Below are positions 48,028 through 57,878 of a DNA stretch of 64,000 nt, in pieces. The stretch spans positions 448,001 through 512,000 of the forward strand of contig CAWCMR010000013.1 in assembly GCA_963796685.1 (NCBI GenBank), given 5' to 3'. The position numbers and the translations under genes are program-made. Origin of the DNA: an uncultured delta proteobacterium (lineage in GTDB: Bacteria > Myxococcota_A > Polyangia > Fen-1088). Position 1 is the stretch's first letter; every line of letters starts with the position of its first letter. Under the pieces are notes generated by a model that searched no databases, was not told where the DNA came from, and saw only the letters and a list, made by a program, of their open reading frames with translations.

Positions 48028-49298
48028 CAGATGAGGAACTCCCGCGGCACGTCGCGCAGCCTCGCGATGTCGCGAATACGGTCGCGCACGTCGAAGCCCT
48101 TGGCGCACACCACGGGGCAGGTGTCGCAGTCGCCGCACGGCGCGCGCGGCAGGTCGAGGGCAAGCAGGAGCGACTGTGCGGCCTCGCGATTCTTGTAGCC
48201 GTGACCGTACATGTAGCTGCGCATCAGCTCGGGGATGGGCAAGCTCTGGCGGCAGGATTCCAGACACTGCTCGCAACCCTGGCAGAAGAGGCCGGCCAGC
48301 TTCCCATCGCCCAGCTTCTCGCTGTCGGCGGGGGTGAGCACCGGGTCGTTCATCACCGCCAGATCGTCCTGCAGCTGCTCCAGGGTGGTGAAACCGGGGA
48401 TGGCCGTGGCCACGTTGGGATCGCGCAGCGCCCATTTCAGCGCGGCCTTCGGGTCGATGGGCTTGGTCTTCTCCTTGTCCCAATACACGCCGGCCTGGGT
48501 CTTCATGGCCACGATGCCGAGCCCCGCTGCCGCCGCTTCGCCGATCGCCTTCTGGACCTCCAGATGGTGGTCCTGCTTGAAGTTGTAGGAAGTCAGCACC
48601 ACGTCGTAGAGCTTGGCCTCCACGGCTGCGCGCAGCACGTCCGGCTCGTTCTTGTGGGTCGACACGCCGAGAAAGCGCGTCTTGCCGTCCCGCTTCGCCT
48701 TCGCGAGCGCCCCCATCAACGCCTCGTACAGCACCCCCTCGCGGGCGCTCTGGCAGTGCAGGTAGAGAACGTCGACGTGATCGAGGCCCAGCCGCTTCAG
48801 GCTGAGGTCGAGCTTCTCGGTGATCTCCTCACCGCGCGTGCCCGGCCCGAAGAGTCCCGTGTTGCGGTCCAGCGTCTTGACGAAGATCTTGGTGCAAATC
48901 ACGAACGAGTCGCGCTTGCGGCCGGGCAAGACCGTGCCGAGCATCTCCTCGTTGCGCCCGTCCTGGTAGACGTGCGCGGTGTCGAGCAAGACCATGCCGC
49001 CGTGGAGCGCGGCCTTGACCAGATTGGGATTGTCCGCGTTCATCACCCCCATGCTGACCACCGGCACCTGGATGCCCGTGCGGCCGAGAGTGCGGCGCTG
49101 GGGGCCCGCGGGCTTGGCCGGAGCCTCGACCTTCGGTGCCTGAGGTGCCGCGGCGACTGGCGGCGGTGATGGTGATGGTGACGGTGACGGTGCCTTCTGC
49201 TGCACCACCGTCGCACACCCGGCGGCCACGGCCGACGCCGCGAACCCCGTGGCACCGAGCCTCAAGAAATCCCGTCGTTCGAGTGCGGACTTGCTCAT
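48027..49298 (-). CDS. Tat-exported aldo/keto reductase with C-terminal Fe-S dicluster domain
   Basis: ERRDFL Tat motif, AAGC, RRTLGRTG, DTAHVY, GIVAMKT, CQGCEQC...C and CGDCDTC...C. Confidence 0.9.
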   Translation of the reverse strand: MSKSALERRDFLRLGATGFAASAVAAGCATVVQQKAPSPSPSPSPPPVAAAPQAPKVEAPAKPAGPQRRTLGRTGIQVPVVSMGVMNADNPNLVKAALHGGMVLLDTAHVYQDGRNEEMLGTVLPGRKRDSFVICTKIFVKTLDRNTGLFGPGTRGEEITEKLDLSLKRLGLDHVDVLYLHCQSAREGVLYEALMGALAKAKRDGKTRFLGVSTHKNEPDVLRAAVEAKLYDVVLTSYNFKQDHHLEVQKAIGEAAAAGLGIVAMKTQAGVYWDKEKTKPIDPKAALKWALRDPNVATAIPGFTTLEQLQDDLAVMNDPVLTPADSEKLGDGKLAGLFCQGCEQCLESCRQSLPIPELMRSYMYGHGYKNREAAQSLLLALDLPRAPCGDCDTCPVVCAKGFDVRDRIRDIARLRDVPREFLI

Positions 49299-49389
49299 GC
49301 GATCACCCGGGAAGAGTATAGAGGGAGAACGGGATCGATCGCTCCCGGATTCGTCCAGCGAGAAGCCTGACCCCGGTGAGCGTGATTCC

Positions 49390-51579
49390 TCACCCCGCCG
49401 CCTTCAGCGCCGGTGCCGTCGCCTCGCGCACCACCTCGCCGTGGCAGAGGGTGCGGTTGCGGCCGGCGTGCTTGGCGGCGTACAGGGCCTTGTCGGAGCA
49501 CGCGATGATGTCCTGCTTGGCCTTGCCGTCGTCGGGATAGACCGCCACGCCGATGGACAGGGTGGCCTTGAAGGGACCCTTGGCCGATTCGAAGGCTTGC
49601 GCCGAGACCTCTTCGCGGATGCGCTCGGCGAGCTGGCGTGCCCCGGCCCTGTCCGTGCCTTCCAGGACCAGAGCGAATTCCTCGCCGCCGTAGCGGGCCA
49701 CGATGTCGATCTTGCGCGCGCTGGCCTTCAAGATGGCGGCCACGCGCTTGAGCACGGCGTCGCCGACAGGGTGGCCGTAGGTGTCGTTGACCTTCTTGAA
49801 GTGGTCGATGTCGGTGAGCAGCATGGCCACGCGAAACTTGTGTCGGTCGGCGCGGCCGAGCATGGCCGAGAAGCGCTCTTGGAAGGTGCGGTGGTTGACC
49901 AGGCCGGTCAGGCCGTCGGTGGTCGCCTGCTCTTCCAGCGATTGCACCATGCGGCCGTTTTGCAGCGAGATGGCCACCTGGTTCGCCACCACGCCCAGCA
50001 TCTCGCGCCGATCGCTGGCGAACGCGCCCGGCCGCCGTGCCGCTACCGCGAAGGTACCCAGGACCTCGTCCTTGACTAGCAGAGGCAGCACGTAGAGCGA
50101 CTCGAAACCCTTGAGGCGCTCGCCAGCGTCGAAGATGTGCGTCTCGTGGTGGTCGCGCCATTCGCCGCTCGCGGGCAGGGCCAGCTTGTTCTTCACCACC
50201 ATGCTGGCGATGGACGTGGCGTCGCGATGTCGCGTGCCCGCCAGGTCATCGCCGCCCTCGCCCACCGCCACGTTGATGACATGGCCGCCATCACGCTTGT
50301 CGAATTCCGAAATGGCGACGAAGTCGAAATCGCACACGCCGCGCACGCCTTCGATGGCCGCGGCGTAGATCTCGTCGAGGGTCAGGGCGCGGTTGAGCGC
50401 GGTGGAGGCCTTGTAGAAGCGTTCGTGCTCGTGCTTGGAGCGCTCCACGGCCTGGAACACGCGCTCGGACTGCACGATGCGCATGATCTGCGCCGCCGCC
50501 GCCACGAACAGCTCGACCTCGGCCGCGGTGAAGGCCGGGCCGGTGGCGCGATCGCTGACCAGGAGACCGCGCAAGGTCTTGCCCTCGAAGATGGGCACGC
50601 CGACGAAGGCAGAGACTTCCTCCGGACCTTGGTAGTAAGGCAAGAGCGCCACCCTGGGCGACTCGATGGCGCACGGCCGGCCTTCCTTGAGCACGGCCGC
50701 GAACACCCCTGCGCGCGCCGACAGGGAGCCCTCGGCCAGGTTTTGCGCCGAGGTCGACAGCTCCTTGAGCTTGAGCTTCTCGCCGCTGCTGTCGAGCCAC
50801 AACAGGGCGCACGTCTTGAGACCCAGGGTTCGGCGCAGCAGCTCCACATTGTGAAAGAGCTGCTGGTGGATGGTCTCGATGGAGCCCTGCGAGAGCTTCT
50901 CTTCTTCCTCGGCCCGGGTGCGCAGGCGGCTCTCGGGGCCAAGACCGGGCGAGATGAGACGGAAATCGCGCGCCTCTTCGCGCATGGACAGGACCTCGTC
51001 TTCCAGGCGCTTGCGGTGCTCGCGGCGCTGGCGGGCCACCTCGGCGTGCAAGAACGACACGTTCAAGACGGCGAAGACCGCGATGAACCCGGCGTGCCCG
51101 GGGAACGCGGCGGCGGCACCGGGCGAGGCGCCGGCGCCGAAGGCCAAGACAGCCTCGAAGCCCAGCGCGGCCACGGCCAGCAGGGTGCCCGTCTTCAGGG
51201 GATGGAAGGTCACCAGGAAGCTGACCAGGGCATAGACCAGGGGGTAGATAGGCGACAGACTTCCGCCCAGCACGGACAGAAAGACATAGGTCGCGGACAA
51301 AAGCAGCAAGCCAAGCTCGACGTCCGAGAGCATCTCGCGCCGTGGGCTGCGCCGGCGCTCGCCCATGGACACACGCGCCGCCACCTTGATGGCCAGGGCG
51401 CCCGCGAGCAGCGCCGCCACCAGGGCGCGCGCGTAATCCGCGGAGGGTTGGCGCAAGTCCGGAAACCAGCCCTTCCACAAGAGCGCCACCACGCCGAACA
51501 CCAAGGCGATGCCCCACAGGGTGCGGAATGCACGCCGGAGCTCGAAGACCGCCCGCGCGCAGTGCTTTCGCACCTTCAT
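49390..51579 (-). CDS. dmxA: Diguanylate cyclase, TM-GAF-GAF-GGDEF (DmxA-like)
   Basis: About 6 TM helices, two GAF-like domains, DGLTGL, DIDHFK.VND, RKID I-site, GGEEF. ATGA-type overlap with ftsB, as I recall for the M. xanthus dmxA locus. Confidence 0.8.
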   Translation of the reverse strand: MKVRKHCARAVFELRRAFRTLWGIALVFGVVALLWKGWFPDLRQPSADYARALVAALLAGALAIKVAARVSMGERRRSPRREMLSDVELGLLLLSATYVFLSVLGGSLSPIYPLVYALVSFLVTFHPLKTGTLLAVAALGFEAVLAFGAGASPGAAAAFPGHAGFIAVFAVLNVSFLHAEVARQRREHRKRLEDEVLSMREEARDFRLISPGLGPESRLRTRAEEEEKLSQGSIETIHQQLFHNVELLRRTLGLKTCALLWLDSSGEKLKLKELSTSAQNLAEGSLSARAGVFAAVLKEGRPCAIESPRVALLPYYQGPEEVSAFVGVPIFEGKTLRGLLVSDRATGPAFTAAEVELFVAAAAQIMRIVQSERVFQAVERSKHEHERFYKASTALNRALTLDEIYAAAIEGVRGVCDFDFVAISEFDKRDGGHVINVAVGEGGDDLAGTRHRDATSIASMVVKNKLALPASGEWRDHHETHIFDAGERLKGFESLYVLPLLVKDEVLGTFAVAARRPGAFASDRREMLGVVANQVAISLQNGRMVQSLEEQATTDGLTGLVNHRTFQERFSAMLGRADRHKFRVAMLLTDIDHFKKVNDTYGHPVGDAVLKRVAAILKASARKIDIVARYGGEEFALVLEGTDRAGARQLAERIREEVSAQAFESAKGPFKATLSIGVAVYPDDGKAKQDIIACSDKALYAAKHAGRNRTLCHGEVVREATAPALKAAG

Positions 51580-51891
51580 GGATTACGCCCCAGCTCGAAG
51601 ATCACCTCGCCCGGCTTGACCCACCCGAGGTCGGCGCGGGCCACGTTCTCCACCGCGCGCATGTCGGAACGTAGGGCCTCGGCCTCGCGGGCAAGGCGTT
51701 CATTTTCGGCCTGCAGACGCGCGTTTCGTGCTTCGGTCGTGACCAGATCGCGGCGCAGCCTGCAGGTAGCGGGCGACCCCCGACTGCGCGTAGTAGAGGT
51801 AGTAAGGCCCATAGCCGAAGGTCGCGGCCAGCACCGCCGCTGCCAGTCCTCGCAAAATCCATGCGTTTCGGATGCGACTCTTGCGACTCAT
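51576..51891 (-). CDS. ftsB: Cell division protein FtsB/DivIC; frameshift at ~51760
   Basis: TM plus coiled coil plus ENVARADLGWVKPGE; removing one G (CAG CTG CGC) joins the two ORFs. Confidence 0.85.
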
Positions 51892-51975
51892 GGGGGGGCT
51901 CGGCTTCCCAGTATCCGGGCGGCGCCCCTGGCCCGCAATTTTCTTGCTCGCGCGCCAGGACGCGGACGATGTAGG

Positions 51976-52740
51976 TCAAAACAGGAACGGCACCACGGCG
52001 CGTCGCGCGGGCGGGTAGTCGGCGAACTCTGCGCGGTACCAACGGTGGTGGTGAAGCGCGCGCGGCGCCAGGTTGGCCGCGGTCCACAGCGCGAAGAGCA
52101 AACCGCCTGGCGACCAGGTGGCCAGCGCGAAGCCCGTCCATTCGACCATCTCGCCGAGGTAGTTCGGGCAAGACACGAAACGAAAGAGCGGACCGCTCGG
52201 CAGGGCGTGCCCGCCGCCTGACGCGTGTCGCAGGCGGCGCAGGTCGCGATCGGCGAGGACGTGAACGCAGAAGCCGAATAGGAACAACAGGGCACCCACC
52301 CCGAACCGGGGGGAATCCAACCAGTCCACGGGGCGAGGATCGGCGAGATAGAACAACCACCGACCGTTGAGATACGCGTTCACGACGTTGAACAGCGCCC
52401 CCGACGTTATCACCAGCAACGGCATCGATCGCGACGTGGCGGGCAAGAGCAGCGGGAACAGGAAAGCACGGTAGAGGTAATGGAAGAGCCAGAGTCCCAG
52501 AAAGACCTCGGCCGTCGTGCCGAAGGGGCGCCGACCGAGCAAGAAATACACGACCATCAGAAGCGGTGACGGCGCTTCCATGAGCAGCCATGCCAGGCGC
52601 GCAGAGACGAGCGGTCCGAAGCCCGTGCGGCTGTGCCGGCCATAGGGCGCCGGTCGCCACAGCAAATACGGCACCATCGCGATGGCCAGGACGGCCCACG
52701 CCCACCCGAGGACGGTGTAGAAGCGCAGCTCGAAATTCAT
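51976..52740 (-). CDS. 3-oxo-5-alpha-steroid 4-dehydrogenase (steroid 5-alpha reductase family)
   Basis: APYGRH, AWLLMEAP, HYLYR, FVSCPNYLGEMVEW, NLAPRALHHHRWY. Confidence 0.9.
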   Translation of the reverse strand: MNFELRFYTVLGWAWAVLAIAMVPYLLWRPAPYGRHSRTGFGPLVSARLAWLLMEAPSPLLMVVYFLLGRRPFGTTAEVFLGLWLFHYLYRAFLFPLLLPATSRSMPLLVITSGALFNVVNAYLNGRWLFYLADPRPVDWLDSPRFGVGALLFLFGFCVHVLADRDLRRLRHASGGGHALPSGPLFRFVSCPNYLGEMVEWTGFALATWSPGGLLFALWTAANLAPRALHHHRWYRAEFADYPPARRAVVPFLF

Positions 52741-53726
52741 ATCCAGCCCTGGGTTTTCATCCAGGCGCAGGTGTCGCGCAAGGTCTCATCGATGGCCCGC
52801 GGCCGGTAACCGAGCTCGACGTTGGCCTTGTGGCAACTGGCCGGAGGCTGGGTGCGCAAAACGCGAAGAGATTCGGAGGTGAACAAGGGCCGCTGCCCGC
52901 GCCAGCGCGCCCAAAGCGGTGCGAAAGGAGCGGCCAGTCTTGCAAGGCCCATGGACACCACCCAGCGCGGCTCCGGGCGGCCCGTGACGCTCGCCCATCG
53001 TCGCGCCAGCTCCACCAGGGACAGCCGCGTGCCCGACAAGATGTAGCGCTCGCCGCAGCGCCCGTCGTGCTCGGCCGCCAGCGCGCCCGCCACCACGTCG
53101 CGGACATCCACGAAGTCGCAGTAGCTGCCAGCCACGAGGGCGGGCAACTTGCCTCGCCCGAGAGCCGCCAGGACCTCACCCATGGGCGAGCGTTGAAAAT
53201 CCAACGGACCGATGACCGCGGTGGGATTGACGACGACCGCGTTCAGCCCGCGGCCAGCCGCGCCCAGGACAAGACGCTCTGCCTCGGCTTTGGCATGGTC
53301 ATAGGCGCCCCGCGACCCGTCCTCTGGCGTGACGAGGTCGCAGCTTTCGTCGATCGAATCTTTGCCCGAAAGCGCTTGTATCGAGCTGAAATGGACCAAC
53401 CGCTTCACCCCCCCGGCAAGACATGCCTCCACGACGTTGCCAGTTCCGGTCACGTTGACGGTCCTCACCTCTGCGTCCTGCTCCCACCCTGCCGAGACCT
53501 TGCCAGCCAGATGAAAGACCGTGCCCGCGCCACGGCAGACCCGCAGCACAGCTTCGCGATCGAGCAGATCCGCGCGCTCGACGTCGAACGACAGACCATC
53601 GATCGAGGTGGTGTTCTTGTGGACCAGAACCCGCACCTTTCGCCCACGGTCGAGCAGCGCCCGCACTAGATTCGCCCCGATGTGTCCCGAAGCGCCCGTC
53701 ACCACCGCGGGAAGGTCTTCGCTCAA
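52737..53726 (-). CDS. NAD-dependent epimerase/dehydratase (dihydroflavonol reductase / 3-beta-HSD-like extended SDR)
   Basis: VTGASGHIG, FHLAG, HFSS, YDHAK, VDVRDV. Confidence 0.88.
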   Translation of the reverse strand: MSEDLPAVVTGASGHIGANLVRALLDRGRKVRVLVHKNTTSIDGLSFDVERADLLDREAVLRVCRGAGTVFHLAGKVSAGWEQDAEVRTVNVTGTGNVVEACLAGGVKRLVHFSSIQALSGKDSIDESCDLVTPEDGSRGAYDHAKAEAERLVLGAAGRGLNAVVVNPTAVIGPLDFQRSPMGEVLAALGRGKLPALVAGSYCDFVDVRDVVAGALAAEHDGRCGERYILSGTRLSLVELARRWASVTGRPEPRWVVSMGLARLAAPFAPLWARWRGQRPLFTSESLRVLRTQPPASCHKANVELGYRPRAIDETLRDTCAWMKTQGWI

Positions 53727-53762
53727 GAGCTGGCCTCCGTGTCCTCAGTTTACTTTTTGCTC

Positions 53763-56008
53763 TCAGCTTTTCTTGAGCAGCGCAAGGACCGCGTCCTTGG
53801 CGCACTTGTCGCAGTAGCCGAAACGCTGCTTGAGGTTGTCGAGCGTGGTGCGTACGGCGGTCACCGCGTCGGGCAGCATCTGGTCGGGTCCGTCCACGAG
53901 GTAGATCAGCAAATCCTGATTGATGCGGGTGACCTGCCGCTTGCGCTCGGAGAAGAAGGACTCGCGCAGATCGGAGATCGGGCGGGGGAAGATGCGTTCG
54001 TAGTCGGGCCGCTTACCGGGATTGTCGAGCGACCACGCCCCGATCTTGCTGATGACCTCACCGCGAAAATCGGCAGGCGCCACCCCGCTCGACCGCACGC
54101 CCAGCAAACGCTCGACATCGGCCATGAATTCCTGGTCGGGATCCTCATCGACGCCGGTGAGTGGATTGGGAACCTTCTCGTGCTTCACCCAATACGACAC
54201 GTGGGTGACGTAGCGCTCGAAGTGTTCGATGTAGCGGCGTTCTTCCACCAAGCCCATGGAGATGCGGACCTCATCCGCGATCTTGGCCAGCATGCGATCC
54301 CGCACCTTTTCGACGAAGGCGGCGTTCTCGTGGTAGCCACCTGGGGCGGCCGGCTGGCGCAGAAACTCGTAGACCGTGGTGGCGCGCACCAGCTCCTCCA
54401 GCTCTTCCAACACGGCGAAGGGCGAGGTGCAGGCGTATTGGGAGTTCTGGGCCGCGTTCATGAGCACCAGCTTCATCTCGCGTGGCGAGGCGCCACCGCG
54501 GCCCTCGTAGTTCATCTCGCTGTCCGTCTCGCGCGCGATGGTCTCGACCGCCGCCATCAGCTCCCGGTGCTCTTCGTGCGAGAAGGTGTCGCTGCCTTCC
54601 CCGCAGTAGAGCAGCGCCTTCTCCATCGGGCCCAGGCGCGCGATGAGGTTGGACAGCCGGCCGCTGTACTTGTCGAGCTGCGGGCGGCGCAGGCGGGTGA
54701 GCACGGCCCACATGGCGGCCACCCAGGTGACGTGCGGGGCGATGTGCCGGTCGCCTCCCATCGCGATTCCGCGCGCGACATGTTCGTCGTAGATCTGTTT
54801 CTCGACGCGCACGTCGAGCAGGTAAGGCGCACGCACGAGCCCATCCGGCCCTTGAACGACTGGAACTCGGGGACTTCCTTGAAGGCAGCCAGAAAGCTTT
54901 CGTTCGAGGTTGCGAAGAAGACCGTGTCGACCTCGAGGGTGCCGAAATCGAGCGAGGTGGTTCCGTTCTCGACCACGCCCAGCAGATACTTCCAGGATTC
55001 GAAGGGCCGCTTGAGCAGATCCTCGAAATCCAGCATGCCCCGGTTGGCGTCCACGAGCTCGCCCTGCATCTCGAACAGGGACACGGTCTGCAGAACCGAC
55101 GGCAGGGCGGACAGCGAGCGATCCATGGAAAGCTGGCGCGTGCGTACGTCCACCGCCATCTGCGGCTCGACGGTGGCCAGGGACTGCCGGTAACGACGGG
55201 AAATGAAGAATCGTTCGACCTGCACGTGACGCAACACCCGGCCGAGATCGCCATGGTTGGCGGTCAGCAAGGCCTCGAAGATCTGGCGGTTGCGGTGCGA
55301 CAGGTCGCCGTCGATGAGCGTGCGCGCGGGACGAAAGCCACCGGCGATTTCTTCGGCCAGATGGGTGCCCACGAGCTCTCGTCGCTTGTCGCGCGGCAGA
55401 AGCAGCAGAGGGTGGTCGCGCAGCTCGTCGCTGATCTTGGCCTCGATGAGATCCTCGTCGAGGTAGGCGTAGGTCTCGGCATCGGCGACGACGCCCTGCC
55501 CACCCCCGAATCCAATGCCACCTTTGCTGACGTTCTGGACGGGAAAGATCCAGTTGAAGCGGTAAAGCGCGCCTTCTTCCAGATGGGAATAGTGCTCCAA
55601 GGCGCGTTCGATGCACGCGACGACCGTCGATTTGGCGCTGCCGTTCGGGCCATGAAGCAGGGTCAGACGATTGGTTCGCCCTTCGCGCGCGAAATTGGAG
55701 ATCAGACGATAGATTGCCCCCTGCACTTCCTCTTGCCCACGCAGGGAATCCTTGCCGTCATCCCACGGGCAATCGAACAGGCAGAAGCGTGTGGTCTCGC
55801 CACGCGGCCCGCGCACCTGGACGGTGCCAAAGTGGTCGAAGACGTCGCGAAGGTAGTGCGCCGCCGAACGAGCTTGCCTGGCCATGTCCTTGTGGAGCAG
55901 GCCGATGTACTCGGCGTAGGACATGACGCGCCGAGTGCGCGCGAATCCGTCGCGCATCTCGGCCGAAAGTTGACCGAGCCAACCCTTGGCATCGAATTCT
56001 GGCATCAT
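53763..56008 (-). CDS. prkA: PrkA/YeaG-family AAA protein; frameshift at ~54840
   Basis: HGPNGSAKST, GELVDANRG, DLLKRP, APH, YEGRGGASPRE. Restoring one A (ATG G[A]G CTC) joins ORFs 54557 and 53763. Confidence 0.85.
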
Positions 56009-56087
56009 CCGCCAAGGGATCGTAGCACGAGCCGAGACCGTCGAGTGTATTCCCAGGGGAGGCAAGGCACGGTATAGAAGCAGAACC

Positions 56088-56825
56088 ATGCAGTTAGCTT
56101 CACATCCGGTTTGGCGCCGCCGGCTCTTGGTTGGCGCCTGTCTTTCCGCTTCTTTGGCGATGGCGCTTGTCGCCGACGCCGTGCGTGCCAACCCGGCGAA
56201 GAAGGCCGCCACCAAGGCAGGCTCGGCCGCAGCCCGAGAAGGCGCCGAGCCTTCATCCCCCGCGCCATCTCGGCCACCGCCGGGATCGAGCCCCATGGCC
56301 GACCTCAAGAAGTCGAACGCGGCCCTGAAGAAGCTCTTCCAGAAGTGGGCACCCTCCTGGTCGCCCGAGCAGGACGCCAGGCGCTCCGAGATGCACAAGA
56401 TCGTGAACGGCTTCCTCGATTTCGAGGAGTTGGCGCATCGCGCCCTGGCGCACCATTGGGATGAGATTACTCCCAAACAGAGAACCGAGTTCGTCGGTGT
56501 TCTGCGCGACCTCATCGAGCGCAACTACATCAGACAGGTGCATGGCCAGCCCAACTACGACCTTCGTTTCCGCAAGGAGACCATCACCGACGGCGAAGCG
56601 ACCGTGAACGCGACCTTGGACTCTTCCTCCGATGGCAAGAAGGTCACCGTCGAGATGGAGTACAAGCTCCTCTACAAGAACGGAAAGTGGCTCGTCTACG
56701 ACGTGGTCACCGACGAGCAGAGCATGCTCGAGAACTACCGGGCGGAATTCAACAAGATCATCACCAAGGAATCCTTCGATGCCCTTCTCAAGCGTATGAA
56801 GAAACGCCTGGAGAAGACCGACTAG
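56088..56825 (+). CDS. mlaC: MlaC/Ttg2D phospholipid-binding protein
   Basis: Signal peptide; LDFEELAHRALAHHW, WLVYDVVTDEQSMLENYRAEF. Confidence 0.87.
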   Translation: MQLASHPVWRRRLLVGACLSASLAMALVADAVRANPAKKAATKAGSAAAREGAEPSSPAPSRPPPGSSPMADLKKSNAALKKLFQKWAPSWSPEQDARRSEMHKIVNGFLDFEELAHRALAHHWDEITPKQRTEFVGVLRDLIERNYIRQVHGQPNYDLRFRKETITDGEATVNATLDSSSDGKKVTVEMEYKLLYKNGKWLVYDVVTDEQSMLENYRAEFNKIITKESFDALLKRMKKRLEKTD

Positions 56826-56858
56826 TCTGGTTCATGGTGTGAGAGAATCCCGGCCAAC

Positions 56859-57827
56859 GTGAACGTGAAACGGATCTTCCCCGCACCCGCCATCGCAACT
56901 GCGGTCGCGCTTGCGATCTTCGCAGGGGGTGGAATCTCGCTGGCCCAGCCCAGGGCGCAGGCAGAGCCCTCGGCGGCGCAGGCTCAACCGGTCGCTGCCC
57001 CCCCGCCGGCCGCGCCGGTTCCGCTCGCGCCGGCATCACCCCTGCCGACCGCCGCGCCCACGACCATCCCGGCGCCGCCGGTGGCACCCGTGCCACCGCC
57101 CTCGGCACACGGTGGTGTGATGGCGGCGCGCGTGGCCATCAGCGAATTCAAGGTCGAGGGCGACGGCGCGTCGCCCGCCCTGGCCATGCAACTGCAGGAC
57201 GGGTTCGTGGTGGGCGTGACCCGCACCGCCCCCATCTACGTCCTCGACTCGGTGGACGTGGCCCGTTACATGGACACCTTCCCCGAGCTGCAGAAGTGCG
57301 ACGGCTCGATCTGCATCAAACGCTTCGGGCAGCTGCTCGACGTGAGCCACCTCATCCGGGTATCGGTCAAGGTGACGGGCAACACCTACGCCATGACCGC
57401 CCGCCTGCTCAGCACCGAGGATCCGACCCCGGCCATCGTTCCGGTGGACACGGAGACGCGCTTCTGCAACGTGTGCACCGTGGATGAAGCACGGCAGAAG
57501 ATGATTCAGCTCGGCGACGAGGTGAAGAAGCCGGTCGAGAGCTGGCTCGCCACCTGGCGGCCCCCGCCGCCGCCGCCCCCGCCGCCGAAATCCTGGCGAC
57601 GCCCCATCGCCGCCGTAGGTCTTGCCCTCGGCTTCGCCACCGCGGTGACGGGTGGAGCCATCTTTGCGAATGCCAACAGCACCGGGCACCGCTGGCAGCC
57701 GGGTGTGGGCGGCCTGCTCCTCGGACTTGGCGTCAGTGCCACGGTACTCGGCTGCTATGTGCTCGTCGCCTTGCCAGCCGAGCCGGGCAAGACGCCCGCC
57801 AGCCTCGCCGTGGGCGCCAAGTTCTAG
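56859..57827 (+). CDS. Secreted/membrane hypothetical protein, paralogue-like to 36163..37047
   Basis: Signal peptide, Pro-rich segment, CDGSIC and CNVC pairs, poly-Pro linker, two hydrophobic helices, ends LAVGAKF. Confidence 0.7.
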   Translation: MNVKRIFPAPAIATAVALAIFAGGGISLAQPRAQAEPSAAQAQPVAAPPPAAPVPLAPASPLPTAAPTTIPAPPVAPVPPPSAHGGVMAARVAISEFKVEGDGASPALAMQLQDGFVVGVTRTAPIYVLDSVDVARYMDTFPELQKCDGSICIKRFGQLLDVSHLIRVSVKVTGNTYAMTARLLSTEDPTPAIVPVDTETRFCNVCTVDEARQKMIQLGDEVKKPVESWLATWRPPPPPPPPPKSWRRPIAAVGLALGFATAVTGGAIFANANSTGHRWQPGVGGLLLGLGVSATVLGCYVLVALPAEPGKTPASLAVGAKF

Positions 57828-57878
57828 GTCTTTCACACAGTCCACCGGAGCCTTCCGGCGTAAGGCCTCCGCGCGCGG

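Noticed and set aside
49160-49195. Short GGTGAY tandem repeat
   Set aside because: Encodes the Ser-Pro linker of the aldo/keto reductase; ordinary low-complexity coding sequence.
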